Of a stretch of 64,000 bases of DNA, positions 49,001 to 62,415 are shown piece by piece. Source of the DNA: Chiloscyllium plagiosum (lineage: Eukaryota). The stretch lies in NCBI RefSeq assembly GCF_004010195.1, contig NC_057753.1:13443979-13507978 (forward strand), given 5' to 3'. The notes under the pieces are model-generated. The model saw nothing but the letters and a program-made list of their open reading frames with translations, did no database searches and was not told where the DNA came from. Within the stretch, counting starts at the first letter, position 1, and each line of letters opens with the position of its first letter. The translations under genes and the position numbers were made by a program.

Positions 49001-52000
49001 CAGAAGAGACAACACAGCGAACAGGAGACATTGAAATGCCAGCCCAGTTTTCTCTGTCACCTGTAACACACATGTTTTGTATGCTTGGTTTCTCTGCATT
49101 CAAGGAATACAAGGTGGTAGATGGCAGTAAGAGTTGCGACCGATTAAATTATATAACAGTTGTTCACAATTGTTAATCTTCATCTGAAATATATTCATTT
49201 GTATAGAATACTAATTTATGTTCAGTACAGAAACCAGGGCCAGGCTCTCTGCTAGTTTGAGACTAAAGAAAAAGTAAATCTGGAATTTTGTGAACATTGA
49301 TAAATTCTTGTACTTTTTGGATACCTCCAGGAGCTGCAGGTCTTGCAGCTATTTGGGCATTCCAATCATCCAGCTGTATTCGTAAATGTAAATATTTCAA
49401 TTTCTTCTGTCATGGGACGTTTCGCTATAGCTCTGCATTTGCATCATTATCTCTGACAGTTAAATTAGATTTCCGTTTTCAAAAATACACTGACTATGCT
49501 TCAAAATGTCAGGTTTCGAAAGATACTCCAGCGCCTGAAGCGAATCATCCTGCTGCATGAAAAGTATTTTGAAAGTGCCCATCCCTCAGTGACGGAGAAG
49601 ACATTCAAAATGAGTTGGAGACATCTCTCAATTAAAGACCACTGCCTTTTGAGGAAGGGTGTTTCCAGGTTTCACAATGCTCTGACAGATAGGTTTTCCC
49701 TCGTCTCTGATTTAAACGGATAGAGTCATAGAGCCCTACAGCACATAGTCAGACACTCTGCCTCAAATGATCCATGCCATCCATCAACGCTAACAACACT
49801 TCCCTGCACTTGGCCCATATCCTTACATTCCTTTCCTATCCTTGTTTAAATCCCTTTTCTAAGAACCCTACCATTAACCCTGTATTCCGCATCAACGCTC
49901 ACAACACTTCCCTGCACTTGGCCCATATCCTTACATTCCTTTCCTATCCTTGTTTAAATCCCTTTTAAATGTTGGTAATATAACCGCCTCAACCATTTCC
50001 ACTCGCAGTTCATTCCACATGAGTACTACCGTCTCTGATAAAAAAAACAGTTGCCTTTTAGTTCACTTTTATTCTTTCCACTTAAACTGGTGTCCTCTAA
50101 TTCTTGATTCCCCAACCCTGGGAAAAGGACTGAGTGCATTCACATTGTCCATGCCAGTCATGATTGTATACACCTCTGTAAGATTCATGCCCCCACACCT
50201 CCCCCACCCCGCTCAGTCTCCAGCAGTCTAAAGATAGAAGTCCTAGTTTGTTTAATCTTTCCTTCTAAATTAGGCCATTCAGTGGAGGGAACAAGTTTGT
50301 AAATTTCTTCTGCACTTTTTCCAATTTAATAAATCCTTCATACACTAAGGTGCCCAAACTGAACACAATACTCCAAGTGCAGCCTCACCAACGTCCTGCA
50401 GAATTGCAACTTAACTTCCCAATTTCTGTACTCAGTTCCCTGACTGATGAACCTAGTGTGCCAACTACCTTTTCCACTGTCCTGTCTGTGACTATACTTA
50501 AAGTGAACCGTGCACCTGGACACCAAAGTCCGTCTGTTGCATTACATTCCTTAAGGCCCGACCATCCATCGTGAAGCCCTTGTTTTGAATTGACTTTCCA
50601 AAGTGTAAGAAAGACCTCACACTTCTCATATTAAATTCCATTTGGCATTTCTGGCCCAGTTCCCGAGCTGATCAAGCCCTGCTGCAATTTCTGATAACCT
50701 TCCTCGTGTCCACAATGCCTCCGATTTTATTGCCGTCTGCAAACGTACTGCTCATGCCTTGTATTTTCTCATCAAAACCATTGATGTCGGATCATTGGAT
50801 AGCTGTTTAAAAGTGGATATGTTTAAACTATAATCCCCCGTGCTCGCACGTCATGAAAATTATAAAGTAGCCCTTGAAAAATTCACAAGCTGAGCCCTCT
50901 TAAAATAATGTGTTGCTTTCTAAAATGCCTACCGTTTCGATTAAACAGCAGGTGGTAGAACTATGTGATATTAACCAGAAGACCGAAACAAGCAGAGAAC
51001 TTTGACACTTAATTCTTTCAACATGAAGTCAGAAGTAATTTCCATTGCTCACGGAGGTGGACACATGCATGTGCACACACACATAAACACATACACACAC
51101 AAACATAGAGAGCAACAAAGATAACACACACAGACACACGCACATGAAACAGACGCACAGGCATGTACATGAAAACAGAAATGCACATTGGTAGACACAT
51201 AAATATAGAAGAATACAGCGCAGTACAGGCCCTTTGGCCCTCGATGTTGCGCCGATCCAAGCCCACCTAACCTATACTACCCATCTATCTGCCATCTTTG
51301 GAGTTACTACTTCCCTATAACTCTGATCTACACATATACACAGACAGCAACACACATAAATAGATGCGCAGACAGAAATGCAAATAGAAAGACATTCACA
51401 GACACCCATAGACAACAATGCATACACAAAAGCACAAACCGGAAGTGTAGCAAGTCCCCTGCTCCCTTTCATTTTGCACGCTATCTGTCGCTCCGCTTCT
51501 CTCCACATTTAGAACTTAGAACATTACAGCGCAGGACAGGCCCTTCGGCCCTCGATGTTGCGCCGATCTAACCTGCACTGTTCTGTTCTTGTCCCAATAC
51601 CCATTCAATGACTAATTAAGTGCTCTTAAAGTTGGCGAGTTGCAGGCAGTGAGTTCACGTCCCTTCTCCTCTCTGAGTAAAGAAGCTACCTCTGATATGT
51701 GTCCTATATCTATCACTCCTCAGTTTAAAGACATGTTCCATCGTGGTAGCAATCGGCATCTGAGGAAAAAGGCTCTCAATGTCCAGCCTACCTAACCCAC
51801 TGATTATTTTCTTTGCCTCAGTGAGGTCACTTCTCAGCCTTCCTCTCTAAAACGAAAACGGCCTCAGGTCCCTCAGCATTTCCTCGCAAGACCTTCCCTC
51901 CATACCGGTCAACATTCTAGTAAAGCTTCTTTGAACACTTTTCAAAGCAACCGCATCCTTCTTATAATACGGTGAACAGAGATGTATGTAATATTCCAAG

Positions 52001-52831
52001 TGCGGCAGCAACATATGGATTCATTTTCTGACGCATCAGGATAATGAGTACGTAGATTCTTCCAATACAAGGAGAGTTCAGAGATGCTTGCGTGGTTTTA
52101 GGCCGAGCCCATCACAGAGAGGTGGGTGAAGGCGTGTGTTTGTGTGTGTGTGTGCGTGCATGCACGTCTAAGTATATGCCCGTGAAAGAGAGGTTGTTTT
52201 CAGAAAGATCACTCTTGAGGGCCACAATATATTGAGTTACAAATGTTGCTCTTCCAGTTAGTATAGTGCACGGAATGGAAATAAATGTTCACGTCACATC
52301 GTGCTGAGGTGACACGCCGCTTCAAATCATAGACCAAAATTGTAGGATAAATATTGAGTTCTTTTGCTTGTTTCAATGAGGCTGATCAAAGTGTGGAATA
52401 TAGTTTCAGTTGCAATGCGTGGCGACAATACTCCGAAATCGTTGGCTGCTGCGTTTGAAATAAAAAGTGCAGAGTAAACCAGGGAACGTTATTTGGGGGA
52501 GGGGGAGGAGGGTATTTTTTATTTTCATTGACCATGATTCGTGCGAACTCAATTGTGGGGAGAAAATTTACGTCACAATTTCGGGACATAACCACCAGAG
52601 GGCAGGGTGAATCTGTGACATATATTGCATGTGAGGGCGGAGTGACATTAAACACACTGGGAGCAGCTGTCAGTGTGAAAGACTTGGTACCAAACGATAA
52701 ACTCCAAGACACAAAATATTCCACAACTTCGGAAGAAGACGTCACTGTGTCCGACACGGAAAAAGTGTTTTTCTCATTGTTAACTTTTTTTTCCAACAAA
52801 ACTCTGTGGACATTACGTTTCATGTGACTTG

Positions 52832-53169
52832 ATGATGTCTCAAATTTATCGAGTTCTTTTCCTGCTTTCCTCCCTGATCTACACGGTAGAAACTGGAGAA
52901 GATGAAGTAACGCAACCTGCTCAGTGGACAGTTGTTAAGGAGGCAGAAAACGCTTCCATGGAGTGCTCCATAGCAACGGCAACTGGCACAGTGTATTGGT
53001 ACAGACAGTTCCCGAACCAGCCGCCCCAGTATCTGGTGATGGCCAAAAGAGAGGCTGATCAACATGAGAGGATCTCCGCTTCAGTTAGTACAGACTACAA
53101 ACACAGTGCCCTAAGTGTGAGAGACGCCAGACTTAATGACACCGCCATCTATCTCTGTGCTAATGGGGG
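52832..53169 (+). CDS. TCR V segment family A copy 4
   Basis: Open leader+V frame (MEC..WYRQ..DTAIYLCA); RSS 53170-53208 CACAGTG-23-ACAAAAACC. Confidence 0.9.
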
Positions 53170-54279
53170 CACAGTGTTATATACTGAGGGAGAGTCTGAA
53201 CAAAAACCTATACCGAGAGGAAGAGCCGTAGTGCTGAGTATCAACATTTTTATTTCAATGTCTATAATTCGACGTTAAGGGGAATGCGATCACAAAAACA
53301 AAGGTAATGTAGCTGAGCAAGATGTAAAGAGTGCAAGAAGTGAAGAGAATTGGAAATCTGGGCAGAGACAAAGCAAGCATATACATTTATGCTAACATCA
53401 GTGAAAGGAAAGATGACAGAAAGAGCAGAAATAACGTAACAATGCATGTAGAAGATAGAATGTTGATAAACTATTGAAAGATAAATAGGAAAATAACATA
53501 TGATGCACAGACGTGAAGTATTAAATCATTTTAAGTCATAAATCAATCGTGAAGGAAAGTAAAGCGGCCTTACTTTTAACATCATTCACATTTCATTAAC
53601 AGTTATACAATCCAGTCGTCTCAAAAATGATTCTACAAAGCTTATCATTCGATATCATCACATCCACAGAGTTGTTCATTTCTTTGTCACACAACGTTCC
53701 TCGATAACCCGCCAGAGGAAGCTGTAGCCTCTTTATACCCTTCTTGCAGACTCTTTGCGCCATCCTAATCACTTGCCTTGTCATTTGGTTTTGTGTGTTT
53801 GCAAAGTATACTCTCTTCTGTCAAGATTTGCATAAATGTGTACCTCTGCTCTCTCGCCATTCCCTTTCGGATCTTCAGAGAATCTATATCATCATGTCTT
53901 CCTTCAAAAAATATAGTATTTGGATTGCAAAGGCAATTCTGGCATGCATCACTAATACTCCCTGAAAATGTGGCATTGAGCCGATTTAATTGGGTGCTGC
54001 AATGTATCTGGTATAGATACCGTGGATGCATTTGCTATGGCACAATGTAAAATTCAGGAAATGTCGATAGCTATGAATCTTATCCGAAAATGCAGCAGAA
54101 TCAATATTCCACTCTATCGTTTAAGTAATTGAAATGTAGACTTCTTTTTAAATTGACATCGTCATTATGTGCAAAAACCTCAAACACATTGACTCTCAGG
54201 CTGGGCTAAAGGAAGTTCTCAAAACGTCAGAGAGCAGTTCTCTTTACTAGGTAACTCCAGTTCTGACACTCGAACAACA

Positions 54280-54925
54280 CGGTTAAAAGTCACACAACTC
54301 CAAGTTATCGACCAATAGGTTCATTTGTAAGCACTGGTTTCCTGAGTGCTGTCCCTCATTAGTTGCTTGTGGAGTATAAGTTCATAAAACACAGAATATA
54401 TAGCAAAACTTTACAGTGTGATGGAACTGAAATTATGCGCTGACTAAAAGATCTGGATTGCTTGTTAATTCTCTCATCTTTTAGAATGAAAATGTTGGTT
54501 TCAGTTCTGTCGTATGTAAATCGCAGAATTTGTTTCGACTTACATTCTCAAGCGAACTTTAACAATTGGTGTCATGTCGGCCCAGAAAATGCCGGCATGA
54601 CACCATTGGTAAAGTTCACTTGAGAATACAATTTTAAAAATAAATCTCCGATTTACACATGAAAGAACTGAAACTAAATGTTCATTCTAAAATCAAACTT
54701 AACAAACAATCCAGATCTTCTTTCAACAGATAATTTCAATTAAATCAAACTATAGACTTTTGTAATAAATTCTGTGTCTTCCGATCTTATACTGCACAAC
54801 CACCTGATGAAGAAGCAGAGCTCCAACAGTCAGTGCTTCCAAATAAACCTGTTGGACTATAACTTGTTGCAGTGTGATTTTTAACTTTGTACACCCCAGT
54901 CCTACAACGGCATCTCCAAATCGGT
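54280..54925. mobile_element. Fold-back (inverted dimer) of a Penelope-like terminal repeat with decayed hammerhead cores
   Basis: Arms ~54282-54580 and ~54591-54885 are imperfect reverse complements; CAC-CTGATGA..GTG at 54801-54835; absent at paralogous site ~33578. Confidence 0.7.
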
Positions 54926-55251
54926 AAACATGAACTGTGTGCCTTCTTTGACTTCGCCTATGGCCAAAGAAAACTGCCAAATTTCAATATTGGCTTAAAG
55001 TCTTTGTAAAAACCCCTTTTTCTGGTGAATAAATCCATCGTGTTCCTTTGTCATCTGAAATGAGGTCAAATATCTTGAAGCTGATTGGTTGAATCGAAGA
55101 ACAAAGGCGTTTGAAGCTCATTGGTTGGCGTCTGATGTATTTGTCAATAATGAACCAATGGGCAGAGATCCGGAAGGGTTTCCGATTCTTGAGGAAAAGT
55201 TTTTTAGCTTCAAACAGTTCTGCTCACATTCACTGTGATCTCTCTGCGATA

Positions 55252-56021
55252 ATGTCGACTGGGGCACTGTTCCTCACAGCTGCAGCTGTTCTAACAGGTT
55301 GGTTGGTAACTTGAGGATCTCTCTGTTTCAGATCCGCACCGGCAATTGCATTTATCCGAGCAGTGCCATCAACACAGATGCAGTGATATATTCTCTCCAA
55401 ATGAAAATAATCATGTGGAGCCAAACTTTTCCAACACCAGCACTGTTTATGCATAAGAATAATGAAGTGGTTTCTGTAATTTCTGGACTCTCCTGGAGTC
55501 TCTAACTTCAAGTGCTGATTTTGCTAACGTTGACCTTTGCAACATAACCTACATGCCTCTGTCTAAGTTTGTTCTTCCCATTCTATGATCTGCATCTCCT
55601 TCTTTGCTATGATCTGCCTATACCGCTCGTAAACAAAGCTTTTCACTGCGCTGAGGTTCACGTGTGCATACGTCCATCAATTAACCAGTCAAATAAATTG
55701 TTCAATCAATTTTACAGGACTTTGTCGAGGTGATTCTGTCTGGCAGACACCGGCTTTGATCGCAGTGAATGTGGGGGACAGTGTCCAGTTGTTCTGTAAT
55801 TATACTAAAACAAGCAACAATGTTTACCTGTTCTGGTACCGTCAACATTCTAGTGGTTCCATGGATTTTCTGCTAAAGAGAAACAAATTTGACGGGAACG
55901 CAGAGAAGTTTCACGGAGACCGGTTATCCTCAGAGCTCGATCATGTGAACAGCACCATCAAGTTGAAAGTGGTGATAACAGAACTGGCAGACTCTGCAGT
56001 GTATTACTGCGCACTGAGCCC
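55252..56021 (+). CDS. TRAV: TCR V segment family B copy 4 (leader 55252-55297, V exon 55718-56021), potentially functional
   Basis: MSTGALFLTAAAVLT, GT-AG intron, DSVWQTP..FCNY..FWYRQ..DSAVYYCALSP; RSS 56022-56060 CACGGAG-23-ACAAAAACT. Confidence 0.9.
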
Positions 56022-56321
56022 CACGGAGACTCAGAACTGGTCTGACCCTGTACAAAAACTGTCAGAGAGTCACTGATCATGGCAGTGTGTCCGGCAAACG
56101 TTCAGATCAGGAGTGGATCAGAATGGGTTCCCGAATTCACGGTGATATCTGATATTTTTCATTTGAGTACAAACCTTTATTCGTTACACGTGCATTATTC
56201 AACTAAACTCAACCTGTAAGTTTTGTGAAAGAAGAGTGAATACATGATTTCATGCCTTTTGAAACGTCAAAAAGTTTTCCACGTTGACAGCATTGAGCGA
56301 TGTGGAAAATGCAGCAACCAA

Positions 56322-59295
56322 TTATAGAGTCATAAGTTGTACAGCACAGAAACAGACCCTTCGGACCAACTTGTCCTTGCCGACCAGGTATCCCAACCCA
56401 ATATAGCTCACCAGCCAGCACGAGGCCAAATCCCTTCCAACCCTTCCTATTCATATACCCATCCAGATGCCTTTTAAATGTTGCAATTATACCAGCCTCC
56501 ACCACTTTCTCTGGCAGCCCATTCCATATACGTACCACCCTCTGCGTGAAAAAAGTTGCCCTTACGTCTCTTTTATATTTTTTCCACTCTCAACATATCC
56601 TGTGCCCTCTAGTTCTGGACATTCCGACCCCAGCGAAAAGAGTTTGTCCGTTTATCCTATCCATGCCCCGTATGATTTTATAAATATCTATATGGTCATC
56701 CCTCAGCCTCTGACGCTCCAGGGAAAACAGGCTTAGTCTATTCAACCTCCCTCTATAGATCAAATCCTCCAACCCTGGCAACATCCTTCCGATAGAAAGG
56801 AGACCAGAATTGCACGCAATATTCCAACAGTGGCCTAACCAATGTCCTCTACAGCCGCAACATGACCCCCAACTCCTGCATTCAATACTCTGACTGATAT
56901 AGGAAAGCATACCAAACGCCTTCTTCACTATCCTATCTACCTGCGACTCCACTTTCTAGGAGCTATGAACCTGCACTCAAAGGTCTCTTTGTTCAACAAC
57001 ACTCCCTGGGAACTTACCATTAAGTGTATAAGCCCTGCTAAGATTTCCTTTCCCAAAATGCAGAAATTCATGCTTATCTAAATTGAACGCCATCTGTCAT
57101 TTCTCAGCCCATTGGCCCATCTGATCAAGATCCCGTTGTAATCTGAGGTAACCTTCTTCGCTGTCCGCCTCACCTCCAATGTTGGTGTCATCAGCAAATT
57201 TACGAACTATATCTGTTATGCTCACATCCAAATCATTTATATAAATGAGAAAAAAACAGTGGACCAGCATCAATCCTTCTGGCACTCCACTGGTCACAGG
57301 CCTCCAGTCTGAAAAATAACCCTCCACCACCACCTTCTGTCTTATACCTCTGAGCCAGTTCTGTATCCGAATGGCTAGTTCTCCCTGTATTCCATGTGTT
57401 CTAACCTTACTCTCCAGTCTCCCACAGGGATCTTTGTTGAACGCGTGACTGAAATACATATAGAGCACATCTACCGCTCTGCCCTCATCAATCCTCTTTG
57501 TTACTTCTTCAAAAACATCTGTGAAGATTGTGAGACATGATTTCCCACGCAAAAAGCCATGTTGAATATCTCTAATCAGTCCATGCCTTTCCAAATACAT
57601 GCACATCCTGTCCCTCAGGATTCCCTCCAACAACTTGCCCACCACCGACGTCAGGCTCACTGGCCTATAGTTCCCTTACGCCCTTTCTTAAACAGTGGCA
57701 TCATGTTAGCCAATCTCCAGACTTCCAGCACCTCACCTGTGACTATTGATGATACAAATATCTCAGCCGGGGGCCCAGCAATTAATTCCCTACCTTTCCA
57801 CAGGACTGTTGGATACACCTGATCAGGTCTTGGAATTTATCCGCCTTTATGCATTTCAAGACATCCAACACTTCCTTCTCTGTAATATGGACATTTTTCA
57901 AGATGTCACTATCTGTATCCCTACATTCTATATCTTCCATGTCCTTTTCCACAATAAACACTGATAGAAAAATATTCGTTTAGATCTGCCCCATCTCCTG
58001 TGGTTCCACACAGAGGCCGCCTTGCTGATCTTTGAGGGGCCCTATTCTCTCCCTAGTTGCAATTTTTTCCTTAATAAATTTGTCCAACCCTCTGGATTCC
58101 CCTTAATTCTATTTACCAAAGCTATCTCATGTTCCCTTTTTTGCCCTCCTGATTTCTCTCTTAAGTATACTCCTACTGCCTTTGTACTATTCTAAGGTTT
58201 CACTCGATGTATCCTGTCTATACCTGCCATATGCTTCCTTCTTTTTCTTAGCCAAACCCTCGATTTATTTAGTCATCAAGCATTCTCTATACCTACCAGC
58301 CTTTCCTTTCACCCTAACAGGAATGTACTTTCTCTGGACTCTCGTTATCTCATTTCTGAAGGCTTCCCATTTTTCAGCTGTCTCTACCTGCGAACATCTG
58401 TGCCTAATCAGCTTTTGTAAGTTTTTGCCTGATACCGTCAAAATTGGTCTCCCTCCAATTTAGAACTGTAATTTTTAGATCTGGTCTATCCTTTTCCATC
58501 ACTATTTTAAAACTAATACAATTATGGTCGCTGGCCCCAAAGTACTCCTCTACTGTCACCTCAGTCACCTGCCCTGCCTTATTTCCCAAGAGTAGGTCAA
58601 GTTTTGCACTTTCTCGAGTAGGTACATCCGCATACTGAATTAGAACATTTACTTGAACAGACTTAACAAATTCCTCTCCATCTAACCCCTTAACTCTATG
58701 GCAGTCACAGTCTATGTTTGGTAAGTTAAAATCCCCTGGCATAACCACCCTAATATCGTTACAAATAACTGAGATCTCTTTACAAATCTGTTTCTCAATT
58801 TCCCTCAGACTATTAGAGGGTCTATAATCCAATCCCAATAAGGTGATCATCCTTTTCTTATTTCTCAGTTGCACCCAAATAACTTCCCTGGATGTACTAT
58901 CGGGAATATCCTCCCTTAGTACAGCTGTAATGCTATCCCTTATCAAAAACGCCACTCCCCCTCCTCTCTTGCCTCCCTTTCTGACCTTCCTGTAGTATTT
59001 GTACCCTGGAACATTAAGCTACCAGTCCTGTCCATTCTTGAACCACGTTTCTGTAATTTCTATGATATCTCAGTCCCATGTTCCTAACGATGCCCTGACT
59101 TCATCTACCTCCCTGTTAGGCCTCTTTCATTGAATAAATGCGGTTTTATTTATCAGTCCTACCTTGTTCTCTGCTTTGTCCCTGCCTACCCTGACTGGTT
59201 GACTCGCCTTTGTTCTCAACTGTACCAGTCTCGGATTGAAATCTTTCCTCACTATCTTCTTCGGTCCCACCTCCACTTCCTTCCCCCCCCCTCCC
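56322..59295 (-). mobile_element. ~3 kb CR1 LINE (APE endonuclease + RT, disrupted)
   Basis: GDFNLPNID, LDLLLGN and SDHN (endonuclease); SLTSVVGKLLE, QHGFLRGKSCLT, YINDL and KFADDT (RT). Confidence 0.95.
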
Positions 59296-60108
59296 CCCCG
59301 CTGAAGGTGATCTGCCTCTTGGACCCCTGAACTGCTTGAGATGGGAGGACACTAACAGTGCTGTTAGCAAGGAAGTTCAAGAATTTTGACTAAGCGGCCA
59401 TGAAAGGATATGTACTGTTCAGAGTGAGATGGTGACTTACTTTGAGAGAAATTTACAGGTGGTACTGTAATCCAAACGTTTGGAAGTTTCAATCAATTTA
59501 GTTTATTCTTGGATATTTAACTCCTCTAGGATTTTGCTCATCTAATATTCTAAACCTTATCAGTGGCTTCAGTGAGGTTTCCCTTGTGGGTCATTACACT
59601 AATGGCAGGCGCTGACACAAAAACGAGGGTTGCTGGGAAAGCTCAACGGGTCTGGTGGCAGCTGTGAAGAGAACTTAAAGTTTACGTTTTGTGCCCGGTG
59701 CCCCTTCCTCAGATGACAAAAGCTAAATTGAAATATATCAGGAAGAGTGACGGAATTGCTTTTGGATATTGGACGCATTATATAGCATTGATCTAAGTCA
59801 AGTTTCTGTTGTCATTTCGATCTGTGTCGCAATGAGTTCTGAAACTGATGTTTCATGGTTTCTGGTGTGTACCTCCTTCACTGGCTGGAGCACAATGCCA
59901 GATACTTCCGACAGTAATTCTATTGCAATCACTTTCATTTGCATAAATCTTTAATCGCACGTTTGTGCTTTATTCAAATGTATCCTTCTTGGATGCTGCA
60001 CCCATTGACCTACGTGCGTTAGTTATTTTCTTTTATTTGAACTTGGCTCATTCTGGAAGAAAGATAGGAAGTAAATTTTACTCTCGACTCAAGTAGCCAT
60101 TGGGACAG

Positions 60109-60147
60109 TGTTTTTGTACGAGGCCCAGCCTGGTTCCTGTCACCGTG
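60109..60147 (-). other. 23-RSS of V-C4
   Basis: CACGGTG-23nt-ACAAAAACA. Confidence 0.9.
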
Positions 60148-60662
60148 TCTCTCAGTCCGCAGTAATATACTGCGCTGTCAGACAGCTGCAGCTCATTGAT
60201 GGTGAAATTCCCTTCATTTTTCGACTTGTCCAAAGATGCAGAAAATCGATCGGACACGCCCACTCCTCTCCTGATACTGCCATACTTGGGAACGTAGATT
60301 AGGAATATTGGAGATTTCCCTGGGTCCTGACGGTACAGTTGTAACGTATGAGCGTTAGCTGTGCTCGAATAGGTGAAATGAATAGTCACTGAATCTCTTT
60401 CAAATTGTATTACTGTAACCGGCTTCTGTGAGATCGAGTCGGCACAATTTACACCTGTGCAAATATAGAAAGAAAGTGACATTAAAATGACGATCATGAT
60501 GAATGTTAGCAAGTCAAAACATTTACTGCAATCGAGGGAAACACAGACAAATCAAAGATTGTGATAGACATTTTACCTAGAAGAGAATATTTTACAACTT
60601 AGAAACTTACCTGTTAAAAGCGTTGCAGCAGTGAGAAATGAGCAAATAGGAAGAGTCAACAT
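60148..60662 (-). CDS. TCR V segment family C copy 4 (leader 60662-60611, V exon 60454-60148); open frame but no Cys23 or Trp41
   Basis: MLTLPICSFLTAATLLT, GT-AG intron, DSISQKP..VTIHFTY..LQLYRQDPG..DSAVYYCGLR. Confidence 0.88.
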
Positions 60663-61941
60663 GTTTACAGAGCAGATGCAGGGTTAGAACAAAGAATATT
60701 GAAGCTAATTCTTTTGAGTTGGCAGTCAATGTGTGTCATATCCGGTCTCGCTGCCGAATGGTTCAGTTCTGCCAGAGTCATCATATAGCACCCAATCGGC
60801 GAACAGCCACTTTGTTCTCCAGTCCATGACGTCAAAGTGTTGACCACATGAACTCCACTGGGAAATACGGGTGGCCGTTTGCCCCGTCCAAACTGCTCCA
60901 CTAGTGAATAATACGGTGGTTGATCCATATCCTTTCCAAATTCTGGCACACTACTCAAATCACATCTGTCCTTTTGATCCACCAATCTATCAATATCGGC
61001 CCAAATTATACTCCATAACAGGGCAAGAACTACTTGCTGATCACTGAATAAAGCTGATGGAAGCACTAACTTCAATTCTCCTCTTTAACAAAGTCAGTCC
61101 TGTACACTAATGGTTAATATTTAATGCTGATTGAATCTAAGAGCAGGAAGGTTCTACTGCAATTGCATAAGGTGTTGGTGAGGCCACACCCGAAGGATTG
61201 TGCGCAGTTCTGGTATCCTTACTTGTGGGAGAATTTTCTGGCTTTGGAGACAGTGAAGAGGCGGTTCGCCAGATTGATTGCAGGTATGAGGGGGGTTACC
61301 CTTTGAGGAGACGTTGAACTGCCTGAGACTGTACTCGATAGAATTTCGAAGAATGCGAAGCGATCTGGTTGAAACATATAACATTATGAAAGGGATGCAT
61401 AAGATAGATGGAGGCAAGTTTTTCCGCTGGCGGTTGAGACGAGAACTAAATGACATTGCATCAAGAATAGGGGGAGTGGATTTGGGATATTCTCTGCTTT
61501 TCCCAGAGAATATTGGAATTCCCTGCCAAAGGAAGCGATGGAGGCAGCTTCAATAAATTTATTCAAGATATATTTGATTGAGTTTTTGCATGTTCGGGAA
61601 AATAAGGGTTATAGGGATAATGCAGATTGGAGGAGCTCAGGCAATGGTAGATCTTGATGGATTGTGTTCGACGGGGCAAATGGCCCTCTCCTGCTTCTAT
61701 TACAATGTGGCTTCGGTGCCACGTAACAAGAGCTGTTTATTCATTATCATCAACTGGCAAAGCCATATAAGAGTTTTCTTTAACGTGGAAAAGTGCACGA
61801 ACTGCTAAAAGGGGTATTTTGGGAGGACTGACCGTTGTCGTTTCGTTTTCAATATCTTACCAGTTTACAATCCAGCGACATATCAGAAATGTGGCTTAGG
61901 ATGTAGGTAGGGAATGGAGCATAATGAGTGTGTGTGTGGTG

Positions 61942-61980
61942 AGTTTTTGTATGGACTGACTGCAACTCTTTATCAGCGTG
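61942..61980 (-). other. 23-RSS of V-D4
   Basis: CACGCTG-23nt-ACAAAAACT. Confidence 0.9.
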
Positions 61981-62415
61981 GGACTCAGCGCACAGTGATA
62001 GACGGCAGAGTCAGAGACAAGAGCAGCAGTGATATTTAAAGGAAATATTTTCTTTTCTTTGTCCAGAGTAGAAGAAAGCTTGTCAGAGAAATCTGGAAAG
62101 GTATGTCCTTCTTCCTTGTTGAATCTTCTCAGTAAATATCCGGGCGCTTTCCCGGGATACTGGATGTACCAAAAAAGCACTGGAGAAGTGGACTGTGCTG
62201 AGTAATTACAGTTGAATATTACAGTGTCTCCTTCCTGAACCGTTTTTTCAAGTGGATTCTGGGAAACTGAATCTTGGCCACGCGCACCTGCAACAAACAC
62301 AATGAAGTTGTCAATAAGTTGAAGGTCGAACTAGTGAAGCTTATCTTGACGATTTTAAGACAGACTTACCTGACACCACAGTCATTATAATCAGTAAAGC
62401 ACATAAAAAGCACAT
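61981..62415 (-). CDS. TRAV: TCR V segment family D copy 4 (leader 62415-62370, V exon 62287-61981), potentially functional
   Basis: MCFLCALLIIMTVVS, GT-AG intron, QDSVSQNP..FNCNY..FWYIQYPG..DSAVYHCALS. Confidence 0.9.
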
